Notes: generated by a model not told the origin, from the letters alone. A DNA stretch of 64,000 nucleotides from Terriglobia bacterium (GCA_965223005.1 CBDCVK010000010.1:416001-480000); one strand, 5' to 3'; shown: positions 20,087-30,235, counted from the stretch's first letter. Program-made: numbers and translations.

Positions 20087-21970
20087 ATGAGCGGCCACCA
20101 CGAAGAAGAAGTCCTGGGCAAGGCGTACGACGCGCGCCTGATGAAGCGCCTGCTGCACTACCTGCGCCCCTACGTCTTCCTGGCGGCGCTGGCGCTGTTT
20201 GGCATCTTGGCGCACGCCGTCTTGCAGGCGGTGGGGCCCTTTCTAACGAAGGTGGCGGTGGACCGCTACCTGACCGAGTCGTCCGCCCAGCGCCTCACCT
20301 TTCTGGACGCCTACCTGAGCCCTGACACCTTCCGTGGCCTCACCCAGATTGCCATCCTCTACATTCTGGTTCTGGTGAGCTCCTTCGCCGTCGAGTTCTT
20401 GCAGACCTACACGATGCAACTGGCCGGACAGAAGGCGATGTTTGACCTGCGAATGCAGATTTTCGGCCACCTGCAGCGGCTGCACGTGGGCTTCTTTGAC
20501 CGCAATCCGGTCGGGCGGCTGGTGACCCGGCTGACGACCGACATTGACGCGCTCAACGAAATGTTCGCCTCAGGTGTGATCGCCATCTTCGGCGACTTCT
20601 TCACGCTGACGGCGATCATGGTGGTCATGCTGTGGCTGAATGTGCCACTGGCGCTGGTCACCTTCGCCGTGCTGCCCCTGATCGCGCTGGCCACCGCGCT
20701 GTTTCGCAAGCGGGTGCGTGATTCCTACCGGCGGATCCGCACCGCCATCGCGCGCATCAATGCGTATCTGCAGGAACACATCAGCGGCATGGCCGTGGTG
20801 CAACTGTCTAACCGGGAGGAGAAAAGCTTCCGGGAATTCGAGACAGTCAACCGGCGACACATGGGGGCTTTCAAGGACGCGATCTTCGCCCACGCCCTGT
20901 TCTACCCGACGGCGGAAATCCTGAGCGCCGTGGCCATCGGACTAGTTCTGTGGTACGGCGGGCTGCGAGTGTTGGACGAGACGCTGACGGTGGGGGTGGT
21001 GGTGGCGTTCATCCAATATGCGCAGCGCTTCTACCGGCCGATCATGGATTTGAGCGAGAAGTACAACATCCTGCAAGGGGCCATGGCCAGCGCCGAGCGC
21101 GTCTTTAAATTGCTGGATACCCCGGTGGAGGTGACCTCGCCGGTCACTCCTGTCCGCCTGGACCAGGTACAGGGACGAATTGAGTTCCGTAACGTCTGGT
21201 TTGCCTACCGAGGCGCGCCCAGCCGGCGATCGGAAAAGGTGCCGACGGGCGACGGCAACCCGCCCGCCGAGCCGGACTGGGTGCTGAAGGATGTTTCCTT
21301 CACCATCGAGCCTGGCGAAACGGTGGCCATTGTCGGGCACACCGGTGCGGGTAAGACCACCCTGAGCAGCCTGCTGCTGCGATTCTATGACGTGCAGCGC
21401 GGCCAGATCCTGCTGGACGGCGTGGATCTTCGCCAGTTGGAGCTGACCGAGCTGCGCCGCCTGTTCGGCGTCGTGCTCCAGGACCCGTTCCTGTTCTCCG
21501 GCACCGTGGAGCGCAACATCCGTCTGGGCAGCGAACATTTGGAGATGGGTGACCTGGAGGAGGCTGCCGAACAGGTGAACTTGGCCGACTTCATCCGCTC
21601 GCTGCCCGCCGGCTTCCACGCGGAGGTCCGCGAGCGTGGGGCGACGCTGTCGACCGGCCAGAAGCAGCTCATCAGCTTCGCCCGCGCGCTGGCGCACCGG
21701 CCGCGCATCCTGGTGCTGGACGAGGCCACCTCCAGCGTGGATACGGGAACCGAATTACGGGTGCGCGAGGCGCTCGGCCGCATGGTGATTGGCCGCACCT
21801 CGATCATCATCGCCCACCGGCTTTCCACCGTGCAGCGCGCCGATCGGATCCTGGTGATGCACAAGGGGCTGCTGCGCGAGTCCGGCACCCACCAGGAGTT
21901 GCTCGCCGTCCGCGGCATCTACTGGAAGCTCTACCAGTTGCAATATAGGGATCAGGAAGTCCGCGCTTGA
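20087..21970 (+). CDS. ABC exporter, TMD-NBD fused subunit (MdlB/YheH-like)
   Basis: GHTGAGKT, LSTGQ, LDEATSS, IAHRLST; heterodimer partner of the upstream gene. Confidence 0.93.
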   Translation: MSGHHEEEVLGKAYDARLMKRLLHYLRPYVFLAALALFGILAHAVLQAVGPFLTKVAVDRYLTESSAQRLTFLDAYLSPDTFRGLTQIAILYILVLVSSFAVEFLQTYTMQLAGQKAMFDLRMQIFGHLQRLHVGFFDRNPVGRLVTRLTTDIDALNEMFASGVIAIFGDFFTLTAIMVVMLWLNVPLALVTFAVLPLIALATALFRKRVRDSYRRIRTAIARINAYLQEHISGMAVVQLSNREEKSFREFETVNRRHMGAFKDAIFAHALFYPTAEILSAVAIGLVLWYGGLRVLDETLTVGVVVAFIQYAQRFYRPIMDLSEKYNILQGAMASAERVFKLLDTPVEVTSPVTPVRLDQVQGRIEFRNVWFAYRGAPSRRSEKVPTGDGNPPAEPDWVLKDVSFTIEPGETVAIVGHTGAGKTTLSSLLLRFYDVQRGQILLDGVDLRQLELTELRRLFGVVLQDPFLFSGTVERNIRLGSEHLEMGDLEEAAEQVNLADFIRSLPAGFHAEVRERGATLSTGQKQLISFARALAHRPRILVLDEATSSVDTGTELRVREALGRMVIGRTSIIIAHRLSTVQRADRILVMHKGLLRESGTHQELLAVRGIYWKLYQLQYRDQEVRA

Positions 21971-22022
21971 CGGGCTGCTTCCTCACCTTTGGCCAATGGC
22001 GGGCTCATCTGATAGTGCATAC

Positions 22023-22051
22023 TTGCGTCGGCAGCGTTTCCGTTGCATACT
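22023..22051 (+). promoter_or_regulatory. putative sigma70 promoter of nuoI
   Basis: TTGCGT-N17-CATACT ending 14 nt before the ATG. Confidence 0.45.
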
Positions 22052-22065
22052 AAAGCAGGTTAATA

Positions 22066-22551
22066 ATGGCCGAGAAGCTCACCAACGGCTTCCGCCTCTT
22101 GGAGTGGCTGCGGAAGATTTTCATGGTGGACCTGCTGAAAGGTCTGGCGGTCACCTTCCGATACCAACACCCAAAGAACATCTACACCGAGGAGTATCCG
22201 AAGGTCCGGCCGGAGGTGGCCGAGCGCTATCGCGGAGCGCCGCGGCTGAACATCAGCCCGGAGAATGGCGAGACGCTGTGCATTGCCTGCGACCTGTGCG
22301 CGCTGGCCTGCCCGGAGAACCTGATCGTAGTGGGCTGGCATCGCGAGGGTGGCAAGGGACGCAAGCTGCTGACCACCTTCATCTACGACACCTCCCGCTG
22401 CATGTTCTGCGGCCTCTGCGAAGACGCCTGCCCAACCGATGCGCTGGAATTGACCCAGGACTTTGAGCTGGCCAACTACACCCGCGAGGGCGCTATCTGG
22501 GACCGTCAGATACTAGAGGAAGGTCCGCGCCCGACCCAGTACACCCGCTGA
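22066..22551 (+). CDS. nuoI: NADH-quinone oxidoreductase subunit I (2x4Fe-4S), stand-alone
   Basis: GLAVTF..T.EYP...RYRG, CIACDLCALACP, CMFCGLCEDACPTDA. Confidence 0.88.
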   Translation: MAEKLTNGFRLLEWLRKIFMVDLLKGLAVTFRYQHPKNIYTEEYPKVRPEVAERYRGAPRLNISPENGETLCIACDLCALACPENLIVVGWHREGGKGRKLLTTFIYDTSRCMFCGLCEDACPTDALELTQDFELANYTREGAIWDRQILEEGPRPTQYTR

Positions 22552-22660
22552 AGCCTGCCCGCGCGGCTACCAGACCCAATTTTTTCGCTGCAAGGCAGGC
22601 AGAATTTAGGCTCTTGCGCGCGGGGGGCCGAGCAGTCAGCCCTGCCACAATTTACGGGAG

Positions 22661-22957
22661 GTGCTCTTGGTTCGCCACGTTGTGTTTTTCAAGTTCAAAG
22701 CGGATGTGAACGAAGCCGATCGGGCCGACGTCGTCGCCCGCCTGAAAGCGCTGCCGGAACGGGTTCCGGGAATTCTCAAACCGGAGGTTGGGGAAGACTT
22801 CATAAAGTCGCCGCGATCCTATGACGTCGCGCTCGTGTTTGGCTTCGAGGACCGAGCGGCGATGGACCGCTACCAGAAGCACCCCAACCATGTGTCGGTG
22901 GGCGAGCGGATCCGGCCATGCTGCGAATCCGTAGTGGCCGTCGACTACGAGATCTAG
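22661..22957 (+). CDS. Dabb (stress-responsive A/B barrel) protein
   Basis: VRHVVFFKFK, YQKHPNH, C-terminal AVDYE. Confidence 0.85.
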   Translation: MLLVRHVVFFKFKADVNEADRADVVARLKALPERVPGILKPEVGEDFIKSPRSYDVALVFGFEDRAAMDRYQKHPNHVSVGERIRPCCESVVAVDYEI

Positions 22958-23163
22958 CCGCAATTCTCCATCGCGTTGCGACCACCGCCTTCGAGGCGCC
23001 AATCAAGCGCAAACGCACCCGCTGGGCGCTGCGCAGTTCCTTTGCGTCCTGGCAGTTGGAAGATTCTGAGCCGCGAACGTCAGCGAAAGGTCCACCAGCG
23101 GGCAGGCGATTCCTCATCGGGGCGGTGGACGAGGCAGCGAAAACATGCTTTGATAGCGCCCGC

Positions 23164-24648
23164 ATGCCCTACGTCCTGGCACTGGATGAAGGTACGACCA
23201 CCACGCGGGCGATTCTATTTGACGAGCAGGGAGCCCAGCGAGCCATAGCCAGCCGGCCCATCCAGTGCCGGTATCCCCGCGAAGGTTGGGTCGAGCAGGA
23301 CGCCGAGCAAATCTGGGAGACGCAGCTAGAAGCCGCCCGCCAGGCGCTGGCCAGCGCCGGGGTCCAAGCGCGCGAGGTGGCCGCGCTGGGCATTAGCAAC
23401 CAGCGCGAGACCACTTTGCTTTGGGAACGCAAGAGCGGGCGCGCGGTGACCCCCGCCATTGTCTGGCAGGATCGCCGCACCGCTGACTTGTGCGAGCAAC
23501 TGCGGCGCGATGGACTGGAGGCGGAACTTACCCAGCGGAGCGGCCTGCTGGCCGACCCCTATTTCTCCGGCACCAAGCTACGATGGCTGCTGGACTCAGG
23601 ATCCGGCCTGCGTCAACGCGCGGTGGCCGGGGATCTGCTGTTCGGCACGGTGGACTCCTGGCTGCTCTACAAGCTGACCAAGGGGCGCCTGCACGTCACC
23701 GATGCCTCGAACGCCTCACGCACCCTGCTGTTTAACCTCAAGGAGCGCCGCTGGGACGAACGCCTGCTGGACATGCTCAAGGTGCCCGCCGAAGTACTGC
23801 CCTCGGTGCGCGGCTCCTCGGAGGTGTACGGGGAAAGCGATCCTGAATGGTTTGGAGGCCCCATTCCCATCGCCGGCATTGGCGGCGATCAGCAAACGGC
23901 GCTGTTCGGTCAGGCTTGCTTCCGGCCCGGCATGGCAAAAAACACCTACGGCACCGGCACGTTCCTGCTGCTGCACACTGGCAGCCAGCCGGTGCCGTCC
24001 CGCCACCGGCTGGTTTCCACCGTGGCCTGCGCTCCGGCAGGCCAGCGTGCCTATGCATTGGAAGGCAGCGTGTTTATGGCGGGCGCGGCACTGGATTGGA
24101 TGCGCGACACGCTGCGGCTGTTTCCCGACGCGGCTGCCAGCGTGGAGCTGGCGCAGTCAGTCGCCTCCAGCGGTGGCGTCTACGTGGTGCCGGCGTTTGT
24201 GGGTCTGGGCGCGCCTTACTGGGACCCGCACGCTCGCGGGGCCATCCTGGGCCTTTCGCGCGGCACCACCGCCGCCCACATCGCACGCGCCACGCTGGAA
24301 TCGATCGCCTATCAGACCCGGGACCTCGTAGAGGCCATGCAGCGCGACGCGCAGGTCGAAATCCGCGAATTGCGGGTGGATGGCGCCGCAGCCCGCAACG
24401 ACTTCCTGCTCCAATTTCAGGCTGACCTGTTGGGCGCCCGCGTCGTTCGCCCCGCCTACACTGAAACCACCGCGCTGGGCGCCGCCTACCTGGCGGGCCT
24501 GGCAGTGGGCGTCTGGAAAACCACTGACGAACTGGAAACGCTGTGGAAGCGGGAACGCATCTTTGAGCCGCGCCTGGACCCGGCCCGCCGCGAAGAACTC
24601 TACGCCGGCTGGAAGCAAGCCGTCGCCCGCGTGCTTTCCAGCGGTTAG
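23164..24648 (+). CDS. glpK: glycerol kinase
   Basis: LALDEGTT, NQRET, WQDRRT, PYFSGTK, GDQQ, KNTYGTG, GLGAPYW; true start at MPYV. Confidence 0.95.
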   Translation: MPYVLALDEGTTTTRAILFDEQGAQRAIASRPIQCRYPREGWVEQDAEQIWETQLEAARQALASAGVQAREVAALGISNQRETTLLWERKSGRAVTPAIVWQDRRTADLCEQLRRDGLEAELTQRSGLLADPYFSGTKLRWLLDSGSGLRQRAVAGDLLFGTVDSWLLYKLTKGRLHVTDASNASRTLLFNLKERRWDERLLDMLKVPAEVLPSVRGSSEVYGESDPEWFGGPIPIAGIGGDQQTALFGQACFRPGMAKNTYGTGTFLLLHTGSQPVPSRHRLVSTVACAPAGQRAYALEGSVFMAGAALDWMRDTLRLFPDAAASVELAQSVASSGGVYVVPAFVGLGAPYWDPHARGAILGLSRGTTAAHIARATLESIAYQTRDLVEAMQRDAQVEIRELRVDGAAARNDFLLQFQADLLGARVVRPAYTETTALGAAYLAGLAVGVWKTTDELETLWKRERIFEPRLDPARREELYAGWKQAVARVLSSG

Positions 24649-24692
24649 TGTGAGCCGCTCAGGAAAAAGCCGGTCACGCTATTGGCACGCTA

Positions 24693-25202
24693 TTAACGCC
24701 CGACGCGCCAGGCCAGGATGCCCACCAGCACCAGCTTGATCAGGTCCAGGAAGGTATAAGCGGCATGAAGCTTGCCGAAAGCGGCCATTTGCGGGGGAGG
24801 CGGGCTGCGTGGAACAAAATCCAGGGTGCGTCCGAGGCTGCTGATGGCCGGAGTAATGACGCCCAGCATCACCACTACCAGCACCAGCAGGAGGCCGGCG
24901 AGGGTGAGGTTGGCCGGAGTGCGCGGCGTTTGTCTTAGCAACAGCACTAGCACGGCCGCGCCCAACACCAGTTGCACAGCGCCCCAAAGGCGGAACAACC
25001 AGCGGTTGAACTCCGAAGCCAGGTGTCGGTAGACCGGGCGTCGCGCGGCTTCCGGAACGGAGAGCAGCGTTGGCGCCGCCTCCGGCGTCGGTCGGCTGAG
25101 CACGCGGTCCACGTTACGGAAGCTGACCGTAGCCACCAGCCAGATCAGCAACGTGCCACCCATCCAGGCCCCTAGAAGCAACAGGATCGGTTTGGTCGGC
25201 AC
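24693..25202 (-). CDS. DUF4149-like four-TM membrane protein
   Basis: Four hydrophobic segments and C-terminal FGKLH motif. Confidence 0.7.
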   Translation of the reverse strand: MPTKPILLLLGAWMGGTLLIWLVATVSFRNVDRVLSRPTPEAAPTLLSVPEAARRPVYRHLASEFNRWLFRLWGAVQLVLGAAVLVLLLRQTPRTPANLTLAGLLLVLVVVMLGVITPAISSLGRTLDFVPRSPPPPQMAAFGKLHAAYTFLDLIKLVLVGILAWRVGR

Positions 25203-25226
25203 CTGCGTTTTCCCGGCCCAAGCGGC

Positions 25227-25745
25227 TCAGAAGAATAAGTACTTCCGCCAGGCGGCGTCGGACCTGCCCATCTGGCGCATCAGATGGCGGCTGGTATGCA
25301 GAGTGAAGGAGCGTGGGCGGCCGATGAGCCTCATGGCCGCTTCCTCCGGCAGGCGGTCACCTTTCTGGTTGTTGCAGGGATGGCAGCAGGCCACCAGATT
25401 CTCCCAACTGGAATCGCCGCCCCGCGAGCGCGGAACAATGTGGTCCAGCGTCAATTCTGAGGCCGGAAAGGCCCCGCTGCAGAACTGGCAGGTGTTGCGG
25501 TCCCGCATCAGGATGTTCTTGCGTGACAGAGCCCGGCCCTGGAAAGGGATGCGCCGGTATCCCAATAGACGGATCACGGAGGGCACACGTACCCTGCGCG
25601 ACGGGGAGTGAAAGTAAGCTCGGCTTTCCTCCTCAGCGGAGGCCACGCCTTTCAGGATCAGCACCACGGCCCGGCGAGCGGCACAGACGTTGATGGGCTC
25701 GTAGGTGGCATTGAGAACGAGGACAGGAATGTGCAGCTCGCTCAT
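25227..25745 (-). CDS. HNH endonuclease (McrA-like, stand-alone)
   Basis: [45 protein letters not shown]. Confidence 0.9.
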   Translation of the reverse strand: MSELHIPVLVLNATYEPINVCAARRAVVLILKGVASAEEESRAYFHSPSRRVRVPSVIRLLGYRRIPFQGRALSRKNILMRDRNTCQFCSGAFPASELTLDHIVPRSRGGDSSWENLVACCHPCNNQKGDRLPEEAAMRLIGRPRSFTLHTSRHLMRQMGRSDAAWRKYLFF

Positions 25746-26006
25746 TGAAATGGTTCAACTTTTCGCTTTGGAGTTGGGAAGGCGAAAGGCGAAGGCTGCA
25801 ACCGGCAGGCGTGGATCAGGCCCCGACCAGCGGGGCCTCAGACTTCGGAAATCCAGGACCTGCGTCATGACTCGGCCGTTTCTCCCAGCTTCCTAAGAAT
25901 CATAGCAGGAACGCCCCTTGGCGCTCAAGAGTGGCCGCCAGGAACGTGATGGACATTGGCCGGCCCCTGACGGGGGCGGAGCCCCCTCGTCCCGTTCCCC
26001 AATTAC

Positions 26007-26720
26007 TTATTCGGAGGCCAGCGCGCGGCGGCGATCCTCGGCATAAGCGGCAAGATTTCGGTTGGCGGAGACGATGGTTTCCAGGGCCTCGGCTACACCC
26101 GGCAGGGCGGGACCGGGAATCACCACGTACAACTCATCTTCGCTCAACCCCGTGTATACCCGGTTCCCGATGCAACCCAAACTGGTGACGGCGCCGGCAG
26201 CGGAAAGCGCGGCAGGCAGGGCCATGCACGTGGGCCGTCCCAGCGCCGGCAGCGAAGAGTTCGCACCGGCGCGTGCCGCCGCCTCGCTGAGCAACATGGC
26301 GGCCGCCGGCCGGCAGGCGAACAGGACCACCTGCGGGGCCGTAGGCGCGTCGGCCAGCGGCGAATAGAGGACCGCCGCAGGCGTCCGGGGTAAACGCGGA
26401 ATCCTCGGAATCTCGTCCAGGCTCAGGTAGCCCACCGAGGTCATCAGCCCCAGCGTCTCGTCCAGTTCCCGGGCGCGCTCCGGCGGAAGCTCGACGTTAT
26501 GGGTGTAGCTGCCCACCGCACAGTTGTAGTGGTCCGCCGGAACCGTGTAAAAGGTGCGCCCCTCAGCAGCCAGGCGCCAGAAGCTGCACCCGGAGGGCTC
26601 GCTCCCGCTGAACCTGGGAAGCTGAGTCGGTTCCTCGGGGAGAAAGCTCACTGCCACCGGCCTCCTGGTTAAGCCAAGCTGCTCGCAGAAGCGAAGCTCC
26701 AGTTCTTTTCTGTCACTCAT
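26007..26720 (-). CDS. DUF169-family Cys-motif protein
   Basis: PVAV, GC.FW, H.NC.VG, RPTC, SLGCIGNR.YT motifs. Confidence 0.8.
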   Translation of the reverse strand: MSDRKELELRFCEQLGLTRRPVAVSFLPEEPTQLPRFSGSEPSGCSFWRLAAEGRTFYTVPADHYNCAVGSYTHNVELPPERARELDETLGLMTSVGYLSLDEIPRIPRLPRTPAAVLYSPLADAPTAPQVVLFACRPAAAMLLSEAAARAGANSSLPALGRPTCMALPAALSAAGAVTSLGCIGNRVYTGLSEDELYVVIPGPALPGVAEALETIVSANRNLAAYAEDRRRALASE

Positions 26721-26751
26721 GCTCGTTGCCTCCTACTCCGCCCCCGGTCGC

Positions 26752-27087
26752 TTACGAGCTCAGCGCGTCAATCTTGGCGGCCAGAATGAAATCGCTTTCC
26801 GTCAGCCCGTCAATCTTGTGCGTCCAGATCTTGACCCCCACCTTGCCCCAGGCGAGAAAGATATCCGGGTGATGCCCCTGCTCTTCAGCCAGGTTTCCCA
26901 CCCGATTCACAAACTCCAAGGCGCTTCGGAAATCAGGGAAGCGGAAGGTTTTCTCGAGGTGGTGCTCCTCAACCACGCTCCAGCCGGGCACCTGTCGTTC
27001 GAGCCCCTCCAGTTCCGGCCCTTTGAGCGGCGGGACTCCGCCGCGACACGGTACGCAAGTCTTTGCGGCCAGTTCTGACACGTTCAT
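26752..27087 (-). CDS. phhB: pterin-4-alpha-carbinolamine dehydratase
   Basis: CVPCRGG, AEEQGHHPDI, WTHKIDGL..DFILAAKID; AGGAG RBS. Confidence 0.92.
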   Translation of the reverse strand: MNVSELAAKTCVPCRGGVPPLKGPELEGLERQVPGWSVVEEHHLEKTFRFPDFRSALEFVNRVGNLAEEQGHHPDIFLAWGKVGVKIWTHKIDGLTESDFILAAKIDALSS

Positions 27088-27254
27088 CCTCCTCTCCTGA
27101 ATACCAAGAATACCACGAAACGACAAAGGGGAAACGATGTGGCGCCCGGTCCCGATCTATGCTAGCTTGGAGTGGGCGTCCGGTCCCCTGGCCGCCACGG
27201 AAATACTGATTTCCGGAACCCTCAGGAAAGGCCGCAGCGAATAGCACACAGCCA

Positions 27255-27533
27255 ATGGCACACAAAGTAAAGTGCGTTAAGTTTCAGAAAGAGCTCCCCG
27301 GGTTAGACGCCCCGCCCTGGAGCGGCGAACTGGGGCAGCGGGTCTACGACAATGTCTCGCAGGATGCCTGGAAGCTGTGGCTGGAACACCTGAAGATGGT
27401 CATCAATGAATACCGGCTCTTCCCGGCCGATCCGGAAGCGCAGAAGCTCATCGAGGGGCAGATGGAGCAATTCTTTTTTGGCGAAGGAGCCGCCCTCCCA
27501 CCCGGTTACGTTCCACCCCAGGCCAAGAGCTGA
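27255..27533 (+). CDS. yggX: Fe(II)-trafficking / oxidative-damage protection protein
   Basis: V.CVK..ELPGL..PP..GELG.RV..NVS..AW..W...[13 protein letters not shown]. Confidence 0.9.
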   Translation: MAHKVKCVKFQKELPGLDAPPWSGELGQRVYDNVSQDAWKLWLEHLKMVINEYRLFPADPEAQKLIEGQMEQFFFGEGAALPPGYVPPQAKS

Positions 27534-27544
27534 GAAAGCAGCGC

Positions 27545-28810
27545 TTAGACAACTGCCAGCATCGGCGAGATCCGGAAGTGCAGGCGTCGGTGCGCTTCGC
27601 GCAACGCCTCCTCCACGGCCGCGGGCGAGGAAGCGCGGGCAAACAGGAAGCCCGGATAGCTGGCGCCCTCCGGCCAAGGCACCAGCTTCTGGTGCAGCTT
27701 GGCGGTAACGTGGACCTCTTCGACGCCTGGCACCCGCAAGGCGTCTTCCACTCCTTCCACTTCCTCGAAGACCCCGGCGCCGGGGATGGGAATCATCATG
27801 ACCCCTGCCGCTGCGCTTTCTCGGGCAATTCCGTCGAGCGACTCGCCCCGGGCGTTGCGGATAACCAGCTCCTCCAGCGACATCCCCGCACCGAAGCGGA
27901 GGGCGCGCGAGCAAAGGCCGCCGATGGGCCGCGCAGCCAAATCCAACACCCAAGGACCGCGGTCATTCAAGCGGAACTCGGCGTGCACAGGGCCGTGGAA
28001 CAGCCCCAGGGCGCGCACTGCGCGCTCCAAACACCCGGTCAGGGCTGCCTGCTCGCTCACCGGCAGTCGCGACGGGGTCACATAAATTGTCTCTTCGAAG
28101 TAGGGACCTTCCAACGGGTCAGGCTTGTCGAAGATGGCCAGAACCCGCAGCCTGCCCCGCCACATGAGCCCTTCCACCGCAAATTCGGACCCGGGAACAA
28201 ACTCCTCCACCAGAATCTGCTCGGTCTCAGCCTCCTTCTTCACCTGGATTTCGGGGCTAGCCAGCAGCGCGGCGATGCGGTGGAAAGCGGCCGCGAATTG
28301 CTCCGGGTTGTCAGCGCGAATGACGCCCCGGCTGGCGGCTAGCGACACAGGCTTCAGCACGCAGGGGAACGGGACGCAGGACACGCTCCCACCGTCGGCC
28401 GGAGGCGGCCCCTCGCGACAGGAATAGCAGGCATAGGCAGGCACGTTCAGCCCCGCTTCCTCGAACCGCTGCCGGGCAAGGAACTTGTTGTGGCAGGCTT
28501 CGGCCCCCTCGGGGCTGTGCCAGGTGATTCCCAGCGCGCGGCAGGCTACCGCAGCCGTCACTGTGGGCTTGTCGCCAACCGCCGCCATAGCCTGGATGGG
28601 ATGCTCGCGAGCGTAGCGGCAAATCTCATCGGCCGAGTGCGCAGGATCTTCAAAGTGCAGTGGCAGCGCAGCGTCCTGCCAGGGGTCTTCCAGCACGTGG
28701 CAGCGGTCGGTGCCCAACACCATCTCCAGTCCTAAGCCACGGGCCACTTCGGCAAACGCTTGCGTCTGGTAGCCGGTGGTGGTGGCGAGAAGAAGGAGCC
28801 TGGGCGTCAT
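27545..28810 (-). CDS. ATP-grasp ligase (L-amino-acid-ligase-like)
   Basis: NKFLAR, FPCVLKPVSLAASRGV, VEEFVPG.EFAVE, GPVHAEFR, AARPIGG. Confidence 0.88.
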   Translation of the reverse strand: MTPRLLLLATTTGYQTQAFAEVARGLGLEMVLGTDRCHVLEDPWQDAALPLHFEDPAHSADEICRYAREHPIQAMAAVGDKPTVTAAVACRALGITWHSPEGAEACHNKFLARQRFEEAGLNVPAYACYSCREGPPPADGGSVSCVPFPCVLKPVSLAASRGVIRADNPEQFAAAFHRIAALLASPEIQVKKEAETEQILVEEFVPGSEFAVEGLMWRGRLRVLAIFDKPDPLEGPYFEETIYVTPSRLPVSEQAALTGCLERAVRALGLFHGPVHAEFRLNDRGPWVLDLAARPIGGLCSRALRFGAGMSLEELVIRNARGESLDGIARESAAAGVMMIPIPGAGVFEEVEGVEDALRVPGVEEVHVTAKLHQKLVPWPEGASYPGFLFARASSPAAVEEALREAHRRLHFRISPMLAVV

Positions 28811-28834
28811 TGCTTGCTTCTTACAGGGCTTGCT

Positions 28835-30235
28835 TCATACAAGAGCAAACTGCTCTTCGGTGGGTTCGGCTCAACAGTACCAGGGCTCGTTCAGGTAGGG
28901 CACGGTAGTACGCTGATAGGGATCGGGAACTCGCAGCGGCTGCGTAGAAATGCCTGCCGCATCGTGAGCCAGCTCCCAGACTTGGGAGAAAATCGCCCGC
29001 CGCGAGTGGCCCTCCTTTTCGGCCTGCCAGACCCGTCGTTGGACTTGCTCACACAAGCGGGCCACACGTGGGTCGGGATGCTTCCAGCGGTAACTCAACG
29101 CGGCCTCGTCGAAGCCCCCAGCGACGAGATGCCGCACCTCCTCCAGTTCCAGCAGCCGTGAACCGGTGGGGATCAGCAGCCGGATGGCGAGCTGGACGGG
29201 CGCCACCTGCTCGACCAGCTTCAGCTCGTCCAGTACCGCCAGCAGGTCGCAGTAGCCCCGCAGCGTGATCCACGGCGTAAAGGCGACAAAGGTCGGCGCC
29301 AGCACAAGGCCGGTGCGCCGGCATAGCTCCACGACGTCGTACAAATCGGCGCGGGTGTGCCCCTTGTCCAGCAGCTGCAATACGCGATCGTCCACCGATT
29401 CCACGGCGCTGGTAACAAACTGGCAGCCGGTTTCGGCCAGCACCGGCAGCGCGGCGGCGTGCTTCCGCAGGTGCTCCACCTTGGCGGTCACATCGTAGGT
29501 AAGCCGGGGAAACTCATGGTGCAGAGTTCGCACAATTTCCAGCGAATGCCTGACGCCGTTTAGGAAATCGGGGTCGCCGAAGGTGATGTGTTCGGCGCCC
29601 GCCGCGACCTGGCGGCGAATGTCCTCCAACACCACGTCCCGTTGCACCACCCGGAAGGCGCCGTTGTAGACCGGAACAACGGGGCAGTGGCGACAAAGGT
29701 GCTTGCAGCCGCGAGTGGCTTCGGTGTAGCCGACCGTACGCAGCTGCCCCTGGCCGTCGGTTAGCTGCGCGTAGGAGGACAACTCGGGCAGGCCGCTGCG
29801 GTCCGGCACGAGGAAAGTTTGGCGCGATAGCGAAACTAGCGGCTCTTTCTGCACACCCCGTCCGTCCGGCAGTTGCTCGAGCACGCGCACCAGGCCCCCT
29901 TCGAACTCACCCCCCAGAATCGTTTCAGCGCCCAGACCACGCAGGTAGCTTTCGTTGAGCGGCGCGTAGAGGCCGTAGAAGCAGAGGTGGGCGCGAGGGT
30001 TGAGGCGGCGAACAGTTTCCGCACCCCGCGCCGCTATGCGCGTCGCAGTGTGCATCGGCACGTAGAACGCCACCAGATTGGCCGAACGAACCGGCTCTTC
30101 CTGCAGCTTCTCCCGGGAAAGGTCCAGGCAGGTGACCGAAGCCCCGGCCTGTCGCAGCCAGGCAGCGGGCGAAGCCAGCCCGAAGGGCTGGCGCCCCAGC
30201 TCGTAGGTCGAAATGAGAACGACTTCCGGACTCAT
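28835..30235 (-). CDS. CUAEP-tail radical SAM selenoprotein with B12-binding-like N-domain (UGA at 28871-28873 read as Sec)
   Basis: RGCKHLCRHCP CxxxCxxC; N-terminal STYELGRQPFGLAS; in-frame readthrough gives EPWYC-U-AEPTEEQFALV* ending at TGA 28835-28837; alternative start 30268. Confidence 0.87.
28841..28857 (-). promoter_or_regulatory. candidate bacterial SECIS hairpin
   Basis: AAGAGCA-GUU-UGCUCUU perfect 7-bp stem with G in the loop, starting 13 nt 3' of the in-frame UGA. Confidence 0.7.

Noticed and set aside
18255-21970. Degenerate Walker B/signature in the ABC pair as a novelty
   Set aside because: One degenerate site is normal for heterodimeric exporters
22918-23163. N-terminal extension of glpK (likewise thiC 62826-63059 and glnA 11676-11750)
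   Set aside because: Family homology begins at the downstream ATG; the extensions overlap neighbours or promoters
25227-25745. HNH gene as a homing endonuclease, IscB or defence system
   Set aside because: Short stand-alone McrA-like family; no RuvC motifs, intron, methylase or flanking element ends seen
25755-25868. In-frame upstream ORF ending in TGA three codons before the HNH start, as a second Sec readthrough
   Set aside because: No Cys/redox context and no SECIS-like hairpin; the HNH start already matches the family N-terminus
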